Shown: positions 10,876-20,933, numbered from the stretch's first letter. The stretch is DNA of 64,000 bases from Gemmatimonadales bacterium (GCA_965249575.1 OZ252244.1:399127-463126); one strand, 5' to 3'. The notes: a model not told the origin generated them from the letters alone. Program-made: numbers and translations.

Positions 10876-11367
10876 TCACGATCCGGGGCACGGCGGCGAC
10901 GCGAAGTTCGTGTTGTCGTGCACCACCTTCCATTCTCCATCGCGACGCTGCCAGACGAAGGTCCAGACGCCACAGAAGGAGCTGAGAGGCTCGCCAGAGA
11001 CGAATTGCTCGGCCGAAAAGGAATTCGTGGTGAGGGCGGATTCCCGACCGAGGATCAGGACCTCGATGTCCGACGCTTCGATGCCCAGCGAATCCAGGCC
11101 TGCGAAATACGTGGAGTCGTCGATGTATACTGTTTCCGTCGACCTGAAGGTCGCGCCCGCCGGATGACGAATGTCCGGGCCGGAGGCGTACCACTTCGTG
11201 CTGTACTGGGGATCGGATTCACCTATCATCATGGCGATGTCCCGGACCGCCGCTGTGAGGAAGCTGCCAATCGAGGAGCGCTCGGCCTGAGTCAGCGGGC
11301 CCGGCACGGCCTGGCAGCCGGCCAACCCAATGAGGCTAGCGGCCGCGAAGAATCGGGTAAGTCGCAT
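10876..11367 (-). CDS. SnoaL-like/DUF4440-like lipoprotein
   Basis: MRLTRFFAAASLIGLAGCQ is a lipoprotein signal. The C-terminal ..FCGVWTFVWQRRDGEWKVVHDN is typical of the NTF2-like fold. Confidence 0.6.
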   Translation of the reverse strand: MRLTRFFAAASLIGLAGCQAVPGPLTQAERSSIGSFLTAAVRDIAMMIGESDPQYSTKWYASGPDIRHPAGATFRSTETVYIDDSTYFAGLDSLGIEASDIEVLILGRESALTTNSFSAEQFVSGEPLSSFCGVWTFVWQRRDGEWKVVHDNTNFASPPCPGS

Positions 11368-11590
11368 TGGTTCCTCTCGAGGGGGCATACGAGTAGACCG
11401 TGTTCCACCCGTCGCCAACGTCATACCGGAGACGAGGGAAGCGGGAACCGGCCAGAAACAGATGGGTGTGGTGCTGCGGCCGCAATCGGGGACTTCCCTA
11501 GGCAACCGGCGGGGAATCCCCCATGGGTCTTGTGGGGTCAAGTGGAAAGTGCTGACGTTCCGTTCGTTGAGCGGGCTACAACCTCATCCC

Positions 11591-11776
11591 CTACCCATGT
11601 TTCACGCAATCGTAGTACGGAAAATTCACCTCGCAGGACCATCCGGGGCAGCACGCCCACTTGTTGCAATCAAAATTGGTGTTGCATCCGGATACTCCGG
11701 GGCCGGTCGAATCACTACAGCCTGTCGTTGCCGGTGACATCGCTGACAGCCCGAGTAGCAGGACCACCTGGAACAT
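11591..11776 (-). CDS. Small cysteine-rich lipoprotein (61 aa) with knottin-like Cys spacing
   Basis: MFQVVLLLGLSAMSPATTGCSDSTGPGVSGCNTNFDCNKWACCPGWSCEVNFPYYDCVKHG has a signal peptide and a lipobox-like TTGC. The mature part has the spacing C-x5-C-x4-CC-x4-C-x8-C. Confidence 0.5.
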   Translation of the reverse strand: MFQVVLLLGLSAMSPATTGCSDSTGPGVSGCNTNFDCNKWACCPGWSCEVNFPYYDCVKHG

Positions 11777-12073
11777 GCGCTTGCCTAGTTTTCTCACGGC
11801 GCCAACCTCGTTTGAGCTCGGACAGTTATTGGCCGGTGCCGTCAAGCGGGCGTCAAGCAATTCTCCCGGGCACATGTGGTTGATCCGGGTCTCGGCGTCG
11901 GGCGGGAGTAACTTCGGGCGCCGGTCTGTCGGCGCTTTCTCAAGGGGCTATCGAGGCGCGGGAGCTGCGTCGTATCTGGTCAGAGGAGTGTCGAGGGGCA
12001 TCAGCGGCGGAGAGGGTCCGGTAAGATCATCCGCAGACCTCGGCCCGCCTTCCTCGGATCTCAACACCATCAT

Positions 12074-13198
12074 CTAGCTTACCGCCAACGCGTACTCCTG
12101 CACGGCCTCCTGCACGAAATCGAAGCCGACTCCGGGCCGGTCCGGCAGCACGAGCGCGCCGTCGCGGACCTCGGTCTTCTGGTCGATCAGCCATCCGAAG
12201 TTGAGCACGCTCTCGTCGGGAAAGTATTCGACGAGGAGCCCGTTGGGGACGGTACTCACGAGGTGAAGGTGAAAGTGGTGAAACCAGTCCGGAGCCATCG
12301 TCGCGCCATGCGCCGCCGCGAGCTTCGCAATCCGATTCCACTCCGTCACCCCACCGCACCGCGGTGCCTCCGCCTGGAGAATGCTCGCCGCTTTCCGCTC
12401 CAGGATAGTCTCGAATGCCGGAAGCCCATAGTAGAACTCTCCGGTGGCGACCGGTTGGGGAATCCGCTCCGCGAGGCGCACATAGCTCTCGAGATCGTCC
12501 GGCGGGAAGGGATCCTCGATCCAGTACGGATCGAACTGCTGGCACATCTCGACGTACGGCAAGGCCGTCGCGAGGTCGTCCCACGCCAGGTAGAAATCGA
12601 GCATGAGATGCCGGTCCGGCCCGAGTACGTCGCGAACCGCCCCGATGCGCCGCTCCTCTTCGGCCACAGTCCCCTTCCCGGCCTTGATCTTGACGGCGTC
12701 GAATCCCATGCCCACGTAGCCGGTGGCCTCTGCGGCGAGATCTTCAGGGCCTTTGCCCTCTGCGTAGTAGCCGCCTGAGGCGTAGGCGGGCACCGTCGGA
12801 CCGCTGCTGCCGCCCAGCGCCTCATGCAGCGGCCGGCCGACCACCCGGGCCCGCCGATCCCACAACGCGATGTCGATGGCGCTGATGGCATTCTTGATCA
12901 ATCCCGCGCGTCCCTGAATGAGCACGGCGCGATACATCGCGTCCCAGCGCGCTTCGATATCATCTGCCTCGCTGCCAACGAGGACCGGCACTAGCAGATC
13001 GCTGGCGGCAATGGCCGCGCCCCGCGCCCCCGCGGTCCCGACGTAGCTGAATCCGATGCCCCGGCTGCCGTCGTCGCATTCGAGCTCGACGAGGAGATAG
13101 TCCCGATGTCGAAACGTCGCCGCCGAAGCGACCATCGGTTTCGCAAGTGGGACGCGGACGGGAATGATGCGAACGGTGGCGATCTTGGCCATTTGCAC
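12074..13198 (-). CDS. Mandelate racemase/muconate lactonizing enzyme family (enolase superfamily) protein
   Basis: AISAIDIALWDRRARVVGRPLHEALGG...DPYWIEDPFPPDD...IATGE-type motifs are present at full length (374 aa). Confidence 0.85.
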   Translation of the reverse strand: MQMAKIATVRIIPVRVPLAKPMVASAATFRHRDYLLVELECDDGSRGIGFSYVGTAGARGAAIAASDLLVPVLVGSEADDIEARWDAMYRAVLIQGRAGLIKNAISAIDIALWDRRARVVGRPLHEALGGSSGPTVPAYASGGYYAEGKGPEDLAAEATGYVGMGFDAVKIKAGKGTVAEEERRIGAVRDVLGPDRHLMLDFYLAWDDLATALPYVEMCQQFDPYWIEDPFPPDDLESYVRLAERIPQPVATGEFYYGLPAFETILERKAASILQAEAPRCGGVTEWNRIAKLAAAHGATMAPDWFHHFHLHLVSTVPNGLLVEYFPDESVLNFGWLIDQKTEVRDGALVLPDRPGVGFDFVQEAVQEYALAVS

Positions 13199-13322
13199 TC
13201 CGTATGACTCAGAACTCGCGCCCGACGTTTCTTCTTTGTTGCACGGGATTGCGGAGCGACTCGCCCTCGATGAACCGACAGACGCAATGGAGGAAGGAAA
13301 TGGCCGGCCCTGGACGGCCCGC

Positions 13323-13844
13323 CTATCCGCTGCTTCTACTCGTATCGACGTTCAGCTCGAAACACTTCCTGCCCACCCCGTGGCTCCAGAAGTCAGCCGG
13401 CGCCCGGCGCGCGTGCGCCGGCAACTCTCGATCGAAGCTCGCACAAAGCTCGTAGGTACGCTCATCCAACTGGGCGTAGCCATACCGCTCAGCCGAGCCC
13501 GGATCGTGGGTCTTCACCCGATCACAGCGGGGTTGCCTCGCCGCCTCACTCGGCACTGGGGGGTGGGTAGGTGGGTTGGGCGGGCTGTTCAACTCACCCT
13601 GCGGCGCGCTGCAAACGCGCGGGTCCGCCATCAAGTCTTCAAGAGATGCTGGCAGGCGTTCGTGACGGATCCAGAATGAATCGATCGCCACCATGATCCC
13701 CCTGAGGTCCCGAATCCGGGCCGAATCGAGTCGCTGAAGGCGCCCTTCGACCGGCGATCCGACCAGCATCACTCCGGCGATGATCGATACCACGACCACG
13801 GTCATGCCGGCAGCCACTATGGTTTGTCCAAGAGACGGCTTCAA
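13323..13844 (-). CDS. Membrane-anchored hypothetical protein
   Basis: N-terminal TM segment (IVAAGMTVVVVSIIAGVMLV). The TTG start overlaps the upstream stop (TTGA), suggesting coupling to the DUF5671-like gene. Confidence 0.5.
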   Translation of the reverse strand: MKPSLGQTIVAAGMTVVVVSIIAGVMLVGSPVEGRLQRLDSARIRDLRGIMVAIDSFWIRHERLPASLEDLMADPRVCSAPQGELNSPPNPPTHPPVPSEAARQPRCDRVKTHDPGSAERYGYAQLDERTYELCASFDRELPAHARRAPADFWSHGVGRKCFELNVDTSRSSG

Positions 13845-14488
13845 CCTCCCACCTCCTTCTCGTCGCGCCGAAGATCCGTGAGATAGTAGATGAAGGCAGT
13901 GCTGGAGATGCTTCCAGCCGTCAGGACCTTGAGTAGAAACCGAGCGGTGACTTCTCCACCGAGGAGGTTGTAGACCAAGCCGGTAGAGGTACCAATAAGG
14001 ACGCCTGATGCAATCGCGAGGGTCAGGTAGGTTAGCCAGCGGCGTACCGGCGACGTTCGCTTCAGTGGTGATCGGGCGATCGCTCGGCTATTGGTCCTTG
14101 CCGCATAGAGAAAGACGGGCGTCGCGACCACGAGTGATGCAATCGACCACCGGATGATCTCCGGTATCGCGTCGATTTGGTTTTGCGACCACAGCGGGTC
14201 CGGTAACGCGAGGTTGATGAATTGGAAGAGCAGGCTGCCCAAGCTGTAGGCACACAAATAGAGTGTCCCGAAGAGGACCAGGTACTCGAACGCCTCTCGA
14301 GCCGAGAGTGACGGGCGTGGTCGTGGCACGGCAATGGGGAAGTCGACCGCCGCAAACGATAGGAGCGCCGCCTGCACCTCTTCGTCCGACCAATCAGCCC
14401 GACTCAGCACGCCCCTGATCTCGTCGCGTGGCAGGCCCCGATTCAGGGCCTCTCGGATGAATGCCGTCAGGTCGTCATTGACCGCCAT
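13841..14488 (-). CDS. DUF5671-like integral membrane protein
   Basis: N-terminal soluble helix-rich segment (LTAFIREALNRGLPRDEIRGVL) followed by four TM helices. The family name is from memory. Confidence 0.55.
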   Translation of the reverse strand: MAVNDDLTAFIREALNRGLPRDEIRGVLSRADWSDEEVQAALLSFAAVDFPIAVPRPRPSLSAREAFEYLVLFGTLYLCAYSLGSLLFQFINLALPDPLWSQNQIDAIPEIIRWSIASLVVATPVFLYAARTNSRAIARSPLKRTSPVRRWLTYLTLAIASGVLIGTSTGLVYNLLGGEVTARFLLKVLTAGSISSTAFIYYLTDLRRDEKEVGG

Positions 14489-14761
14489 AAAGGCTCTCCG
14501 TCCTAGGGCCGCCTAACTCATCGTCGCGAGTATTCACCGGAATATGCGGCACGGGGGCTCACCGTCCAGTGTGCAACGTCGAATCGCGGTCGCGATCGTA
14601 GTCGATGTACAAGATCGGGTGTCAGGATCGCGCGAGCCCTTGGCAATCACTCACTCCATCTTCGAGCCACACAGTGGTTTGACATCCCCCGGGTCGACGG
14701 CGAGCATTGTCTCGATCCCGTCCTAGCCACGCACCTCGTACGCGGCTTCGGAGGCTCCACG

Positions 14762-16414
14762 ATGTTCCTTTCGCTTGATTGCCGTATTCCCGTTTACTTC
14801 ACTGCCGCGCTCGTGCTTGCTGCGGCTTGTGCTCCACCGAGCGAGCCCGGCGGCGCCAGCCACGAAGATCTGGTCGCGCTGTTCGAGGAATGGCGGGACT
14901 TCCAGAGACCCACGCTCGCAGCGGGTGCCCCGGACTACACCGCCGCGGCCATGGAAACCCAACGCGCTGAGTTGCCCCGGTACCAGCGCCGGCTGACCGC
15001 CATCGACACGAGTGGCTGGTCCGTGAGTCAGCAAGTGGACTACCACCTGGTCCGCGCCGAGATGAACGGGCTGGATTTTGACCACCGCGTACTCCGGCCG
15101 TGGGCCAGGAACCCGGAGTTCTACGTCTCGGTGTTTCCGTCGCAGAGCGATCAACCCGCCCGCGAGGGCCCCACGGCCTACGGAGCGGTCGAGGTGTGGA
15201 AGTATCAATTCCCGTTGACGGCCGATCGCGCCGCCGACCTGACCGCGGAGCTGCAGATCATCCCACCGCTCCTGGAGCAGGCGAGAGACAATCTGGTCGA
15301 GGACGCCAGGGATCTCTGGGTGTTCGGGACCGGCAGCATTGCGGAGCAGAGCGACGCCCTGGCAAGCCTGGCCGCCAGGGTTGCGGGGACGAGCGCGGAG
15401 TTGGACGCGGCCATTCGCGATGCGGCCGAGGCCACCGACCGGTTTCACGAGTGGCTCGAGGCCGAGGCGCCATCCAAGACCGGACCGTCGGGCATCGGTG
15501 TCGACAACTACGACTGGTACCTCAGGAACGTCCACCTGGTCCCATACACCTGGCGCGAGCAGGTCACGCTCATGCGGCGCGAGCTCGCCCGCTCCCACGC
15601 CGTGCTTCGGCTCGAGGAGAACCGCAACCGCAAGCTCCCGCAGTTGACCCGCGTCGAGAGCGCCGCGGAGTACGACCGCGTTTTCAACGCCGGCGTTACC
15701 GAGTACATGTCGTTCCTTCGTGAGCAGGAGATCTTGCCTATCCGCGACTACATGGACGCCGCCCTACGCGCCCGGATCGGCCGATTCGCCGCCTCAGGGG
15801 GGCTCCGCGGGTTCTTCTCGGAAGTGAGTTATCGCGACCCGATGGTGATGCGGACGCACGGCTACCATTGGTTCGACCTGGCGCGCATGGACAACGAGTC
15901 GCACCCCAGCCCGATCAGGCGGGTGCCGCTCCTCTACAACCTCTTCGACAGCCGAACCGAGGGACTGGCGACCGGCATGGAAGAGATGATGATGCACGCC
16001 GGCATGCTGGAGTCCCGCCCCCGTGCCCGCGAGCTCATCTACATCTTGCTCGCCCAGCGGGCGGCACGGGCTCTGGGCGACCTGTTGATGCACGGCGAGG
16101 GATACACCTTAGAGCAGGCAGCGACCTTCGCGTCCTCCTGGACCCCGCGCGGGTGGATGCCCGACGGCAGCCGGACGGTCTTGCACGAGCAACATCTCTA
16201 CCTCCAGCAACCGGCGTACGGCACCAGCTACGTGATGGGCAAGATCCAAATCGAGGACGTCTTGGCCGAGCGGGCCCGTGAGTTGGGTGACGACTTCACG
16301 CTGAAGGGTTTCATGGACGAGCTCAACGGCGCGGGGTTGATTCCGATGTCCCTCATCCGCTGGGAGCTCACCGGCCACGCCAACGAGATCACCGAGATGA
16401 CCGCGGCGGAGTGA
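14762..16414 (+). CDS. DUF885 family lipoprotein
   Basis: Lipoprotein signal (..LVLAAACAPP). The size (550 aa) and the C-terminal HE..PGH-like region (LYNLFDSRTEGLATGMEEMMMHAG) are typical of DUF885. Confidence 0.7.
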   Translation: MFLSLDCRIPVYFTAALVLAAACAPPSEPGGASHEDLVALFEEWRDFQRPTLAAGAPDYTAAAMETQRAELPRYQRRLTAIDTSGWSVSQQVDYHLVRAEMNGLDFDHRVLRPWARNPEFYVSVFPSQSDQPAREGPTAYGAVEVWKYQFPLTADRAADLTAELQIIPPLLEQARDNLVEDARDLWVFGTGSIAEQSDALASLAARVAGTSAELDAAIRDAAEATDRFHEWLEAEAPSKTGPSGIGVDNYDWYLRNVHLVPYTWREQVTLMRRELARSHAVLRLEENRNRKLPQLTRVESAAEYDRVFNAGVTEYMSFLREQEILPIRDYMDAALRARIGRFAASGGLRGFFSEVSYRDPMVMRTHGYHWFDLARMDNESHPSPIRRVPLLYNLFDSRTEGLATGMEEMMMHAGMLESRPRARELIYILLAQRAARALGDLLMHGEGYTLEQAATFASSWTPRGWMPDGSRTVLHEQHLYLQQPAYGTSYVMGKIQIEDVLAERARELGDDFTLKGFMDELNGAGLIPMSLIRWELTGHANEITEMTAAE

Positions 16415-16552
16415 GTCTCGCTGTGGAGATCCGCATCAAGGGGGGCTGGTGATGGCTCGAGCAAGAGGCCGACCGGCTCCCCTTCCAAGGGACGCTCCCG
16501 AACCTGCCTCGGGACCTGCTGCGGAAGCCCGAGTGACCCCAAATGGAGTCAA

Positions 16553-17020
16553 ATGAACCTGACCAAGACACTGCAGGCCACGCGTAACACTCGAGATGAT
16601 CGGCTCGCCACCGGAGCCCGGACCGTTCTGGGAGTCCTGTTCGTGATGAGCGGCGTCATGAAGCTCGCGGTGCCCACGTTAGGGGCGGCGTTCGCAGGAC
16701 AGCTGGCGGGAGCGAACATCCCGCTCGAGGATCTGAATCGCTGGATGGTGCCATTCGTGGAGGTCGGTGTCGGCGCAGTCCTGTTGCTCGGCTACTACAC
16801 GCGGATCGCCACCCTCCTCGTCTACCCCATCATGATCGTGGCTACGTACGTGCACCTGGTCGTCGACGACCCGTCACTGTTCCCGCTCCAGCCCGAGCAG
16901 CCGATCATTCCGGCCGTGGTAATGGTGCTCGCGGTCTATGTCCTCGTGAAGGGTGGTGGATCCAGGAGCCTGGACCTCGCGGCGACGGGGGCGGGGAGGG
17001 AGCCTTCCACAGGTCGGTAG
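16553..17020 (+). CDS. DoxX family membrane protein
   Basis: ARTVLGVLFVMSGVMKL...LLLGYYTRIATLLVYPIMIVATYVH. Confidence 0.75.
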   Translation: MNLTKTLQATRNTRDDRLATGARTVLGVLFVMSGVMKLAVPTLGAAFAGQLAGANIPLEDLNRWMVPFVEVGVGAVLLLGYYTRIATLLVYPIMIVATYVHLVVDDPSLFPLQPEQPIIPAVVMVLAVYVLVKGGGSRSLDLAATGAGREPSTGR

Positions 17021-17153
17021 ATCAAGCCGCCTTGAACCGATGGTGGCACAACCCGATATCCTCGCTGGTCCATCACGTCCCGACTCGGGGCTCGTTACTG
17101 TACGTCGCCGCGGGTCTTAGGACACGGTCAAGTCGGTGCCCGGCGCATTCTCC

Positions 17154-17535
17154 TCAGCACGGGGACGCGACCACAACGTTTGCCGTCCCGACGACGTTGT
17201 CAGTGTTTGCGGCGATGACGACCGCCCCATTTGCGTGGGCCGTGACCCCCAGCATCGTTGACCGAGGCTATGGCGTCATCGGATGACGACCAGGCAAACG
17301 TCTTATTGTGAAGGATGCCGCCGCTGGAGCAGTACGCGATCGCGCCCAGCTGGACCCGTCCGCCAATTGCGAGGGTGTCTACCGCGGGCCTGACAACCAC
17401 CGTCTGAGCGACCGCGTCAGCAACCCGTTGGGCTCGGGCCGCGCGCTGCCGTTCTGCCAGCTGTCGCTTGGCCGCCCTACAATTCTTCGACTTACTGAAA
17501 CCAAGGCCGGCCGATATGCCGTGTAATACTCCCAT
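17154..17535 (-). pseudogene. Bacterial Ig-like (Big_2) domain protein, apparent 1-nt frameshift near the 3' end
   Basis: ..VVVRPAVDTLAIGGRVQLGAIAY...FAWSSSDDAIASVNDAG continues in another frame as VTAHANGAVVIAANTDNVVGTANVVVASPC*. The switch is at a C5 run (17246-17250). The start is uncertain. Confidence 0.5.
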
Positions 17536-17630
17536 TGCCGCGAAGGAGGTTATGAATCCACTGCTCGTCTCTGGGTTTGTATTGGGATCGTCGACCTCAA
17601 TGAGCAAGCCCAGGAGGGGAGGAGGCCCTC

Positions 17631-19061
17631 CTACCGCATGGCCGCCCGGGAAGGGACAGGCGCCCCATCCGGGCCGTTGTCCCAGTCTTGAACGCTCGAG
17701 ATGTTGGGCATGCCCCACTGGTGTCCATTCCACCCGTTGAAGCCGTCCATCTTGAACGCCCAGAAGCCGCTTCGTTTGTCACTGATGACGATCAGCCCGT
17801 CGGCGTTCCGGACATCGACCCCAAAGGCTCCGTCCAGGCCGCCGCGCTGGCCCGCCCCCTCGGCGCCGGCGGGGAGAACGCACTCACACGTGTAGTAGTA
17901 GCCCACGGTGTACGGGTTGGTCGGATTCATCATGTTGAAGATCTGCAGCCCGTCCATGTATCCTGACACGAACACGTACGGCCAGCGGATCTCGTGGTTG
18001 TGCGCGAGCCCGTCCCACGAGGCCAGCCAGGCGCCGATCGGCCGAGAGATGTTCTTCACCTCGCCGTCCAGCCCGGGCTTCAGGTCGAAGAGGCGCAGCG
18101 GTGCGTACTGATACTCGACCTCGGTGACTGCGTACCGGCCGTCGGGCGTCGGCGTGAACGTGTGACCGCGCGTCACACCGGCGACTCCGGTGACCGACGT
18201 CAGCAGTTGGGGCTCTTCCGGAGTGGACACGTCGAACACGTAATAGCCGCCGACGCCGGCGCCGTAGAACTTGTCTTGCCGCGTCGCCGGATCGTACCCG
18301 ACGTAGAAATCGTGATACCCCCTGACGGGCGTGTTCTGCAGCTCGGGAACCGGGACCCGCGAGATGAGTCCCTGACCCGCATCGTCACTCAGAAACCGCT
18401 CCATGTCGTAGACGTTCGCGTGCGGCGCCTGCACGGTGGCAAGCAGCAGTACCCGACCGTCAGAGTGCTTGTACGCGAAAATGTTGTGGAAGCCACCCGG
18501 CGTATCCGGAGTGCGGATCAATCCCACCAGCTTCACCATCGACGTGTCGGGGAGGCCGGTGACGTCCAGAACGGCTGCGCCCACATCGGCGTTCAGGCCA
18601 CCCGATCGAAACTGAAGCGATGCGACGTCGTAGTAGCGGCCCTTCAGCTTGAAGTATTTGTTGTCCATCCCGCCGGCCGGGTTGTGCGATTCTTGTTGAT
18701 CGATGCGCCAGCTATACAGCAGTACGGGCTTGGTAGGATCCTCGATGCCGATGATGTCCACGCCCTTCGACGGAACGCGGTGGGGCTGATCCGACCCGGG
18801 CAGGAAATCCCGCCGCGGCATGTACGCGAACGGTCGACTCAGCTCCTGCTCGATCTCGATGTCCGCCGTCGTCCGGAACCAGCCCAAGGGCAAGTGTCCC
18901 ACCACGTGAACGTTCCCACTTCTCCCGTGATGGGGATTGCGGAGGCTGTTCGAGGGATCGTTCATCGCCCGGTCCTGACCCTCCGCCGCCGTGGTAACGA
19001 GCGCAGCCAGGACGACGACGGGGACCAGCCCCGCACCTAGGAATCGGTGATTTACTGACAT
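17631..19061 (-). CDS. LVIVD-repeat-like beta-propeller protein (paralog of 1..1310)
   Basis: The start was moved to MSVNHRFLGAGLVPVVVLAALVTTAAEG (signal peptide). It is colinear with the first CDS through to ..GHQWGMPNISSVQDWDNGP. Confidence 0.8.
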   Translation of the reverse strand: MSVNHRFLGAGLVPVVVLAALVTTAAEGQDRAMNDPSNSLRNPHHGRSGNVHVVGHLPLGWFRTTADIEIEQELSRPFAYMPRRDFLPGSDQPHRVPSKGVDIIGIEDPTKPVLLYSWRIDQQESHNPAGGMDNKYFKLKGRYYDVASLQFRSGGLNADVGAAVLDVTGLPDTSMVKLVGLIRTPDTPGGFHNIFAYKHSDGRVLLLATVQAPHANVYDMERFLSDDAGQGLISRVPVPELQNTPVRGYHDFYVGYDPATRQDKFYGAGVGGYYVFDVSTPEEPQLLTSVTGVAGVTRGHTFTPTPDGRYAVTEVEYQYAPLRLFDLKPGLDGEVKNISRPIGAWLASWDGLAHNHEIRWPYVFVSGYMDGLQIFNMMNPTNPYTVGYYYTCECVLPAGAEGAGQRGGLDGAFGVDVRNADGLIVISDKRSGFWAFKMDGFNGWNGHQWGMPNISSVQDWDNGPDGAPVPSRAAMR

Positions 19062-19347
19062 GCAGTGATTGACGGCCATATGATCGGGCCTCATGACGAT
19101 GCACGGTGAGCTGGACGCCGAGCGCTTCCGGGCGATCGTCGGCTCGGCCGGACGCCCTGCGGAGGGGATAAGATATCGTGGCGCCGCGGCGTGAGGCCAG
19201 GAAGCCCGCCGCGGCGCCGGAACTGCCAACTCGAGGCGACGTTTCCTGCCTATCCGCGTCCACCTTCGGCTACCGTACCGCGATGGGGTTCCGCGGTGAA
19301 CCTGTCGCCCCCTGCAGCCGAAGCGGCGCAGAGATGAACGCAAACTC

Positions 19348-19497
19348 CTAGGCCCTGTCCGCGGCCAGTGTCGCCATGTCAAGGTTCTCGAGGTTGTTAT
19401 ACTCCATCCGGTTCATCAGCCACTGGTGTGCCTCGAACGGCCGATCGAGCTTCTTACCGGGTACGGTTATAGAGTCCTTCTCACAGATCACCGCCAT
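19348..19497 (-). CDS. Possible small ORF (49 aa), function unknown
   Basis: MAVICEKDSITVPGKKLDRPFEAHQWLMNRMEYNNLENLDMATLAADRA. It is below the track length cut-off, has protein-like composition and sits in an AT-richer patch. No family was recognised. Confidence 0.25.
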   Translation of the reverse strand: MAVICEKDSITVPGKKLDRPFEAHQWLMNRMEYNNLENLDMATLAADRA

Positions 19498-19511
19498 TGA
19501 GGGTCAGAGTC

Positions 19512-20222
19512 ATGAATAGCACGACTAAAGACTCACAACAACGAGCCGCGAGATTCGCTGGACTCATGTATCTACTCACAATTGTGACCTGGGCCTTCGC
19601 ATTCTATGTGCGCTCCGGTCTCGTTGTGGATGGCAACGCATCGGAAACAGTCAACAACATCGTGACAAATGAGCGGCTCTTTCGCATAAGCATTGTCAGC
19701 GATCTAGTAACTTTCGCCGGCGTCGTGGTGCTCACTGTGGCACTCTGGGTGCTGCTCAAGCCTGTAAATAGAGACATCGCTTTGCTCGCAGCATTCTGGA
19801 GACTCGTGGAGTCGTCGATTCTTTGCGTCATCACCCTAAGTAGCTTCTTGGTACTATATCTCTCGAGCGGTGCGGAGTACCTAAAGGCAATCGAGGCGGG
19901 TCAACTGCAAGCTCTTGCGATGTTGGCGATTGCGTTATACGGAACCGGATGGATCGTTGGCCCAATCTTCCTAGGTTTGGGGTCCGCGGCTTTCAGCTAC
20001 CTGTTGTTCCAGTCACGCTATGTTCCGAGAGCACTGGCCGCATTGGGAGTGTTTTCCTCCTTGCTGTTGACGACGTGCGCTCTCGTGATAGTCGTGTTTC
20101 CCGGCTTCGCGACCATTGCAACAAGCGGTTTTGTGCCGCTATTAATCTACGAGATTACGCTTGGTCTATGGTTGCTGCTCAGAGGTGCAAGCCTCCAGTC
20201 GACTCCAGCGCATGCGGCCTAG
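19512..20222 (+). CDS. DUF4386 domain-containing membrane protein
   Basis: MNSTTKDSQQRAARFAGLMYLLTIV...NERLFRISIVSDLV... shows the typical DUF4386 N-terminus and six TM helices. It is visibly lower in GC than its flanks. Confidence 0.7.
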   Translation: MNSTTKDSQQRAARFAGLMYLLTIVTWAFAFYVRSGLVVDGNASETVNNIVTNERLFRISIVSDLVTFAGVVVLTVALWVLLKPVNRDIALLAAFWRLVESSILCVITLSSFLVLYLSSGAEYLKAIEAGQLQALAMLAIALYGTGWIVGPIFLGLGSAAFSYLLFQSRYVPRALAALGVFSSLLLTTCALVIVVFPGFATIATSGFVPLLIYEITLGLWLLLRGASLQSTPAHAA

Positions 20223-20478
20223 TTGAAGACAGGTGTGCCTCGAATGTGCCTTGGTTACTAAACACCTGAGTAGCACCGACGATGAATTCTGAAAACATAC
20301 CACGCGTTTACAAGCCCGGTTCTCACCCTCGATAGGGAGGCCTTGGGGGGCGACCGGTTTGCGGCGTGTAATAATGAAGCAGGTGGGCCGAATCGGCGAG
20401 TCAGGTGCGGTTCGGACAGGATTCTTTCTGGAGGGTCGTTCAGCACCAACGACGTTCACGTCCGTACTGCCCACTAGG

Positions 20479-20933
20479 TTATCGACACTCCGCCTCGAGC
20501 GTCCCATCGCCCACCACTTCGCTGCTCTGGTCCTCGAACACACCGCTTGCTCGAACGCCTTGGTCTTCGATCTGGATCAGAGGGTCCGGCACGATCCCCG
20601 AGCTCGTCATCCACCCCGATCGCGCGACGACGAGAGAGACCCACTACCGTCTTGCATGTACACGCTCACTTCGTGGTTGGTCATGTTGCTGAGAGACGTT
20701 CGATCGACCGTGACGGTGAACCGAACACCCGCATCGGTCGTGCCCATGCCACTCAACGTGGGGCCATCTGGGCCCTGGGTTGCCCCCAGGTCGCACCAGG
20801 TGACTTGGAACTCATACGTAGTGCCTACGACGGTCAGTGTACCGCTCCCCTCAGCGTCCTGCGCGTGCGCATGTCCGCCCATACCCAGCAAACACGCTCC
20901 GAGCACTGCGGTGATAACGATGATGCTCCTCAT
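20479..20933 (-). pseudogene. Small secreted protein, apparent frameshift
   Basis: MRSIIVITAVLGACLLGMGGHAHAQ... is a signal peptide. After ..VYMQDGSG (~20640) a protein-like reading continues in another frame (..WMTSSGIVPDPLIQIEDQGVRASGVFEDQSSEVVGDGTLEAECR*). Confidence 0.45.
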
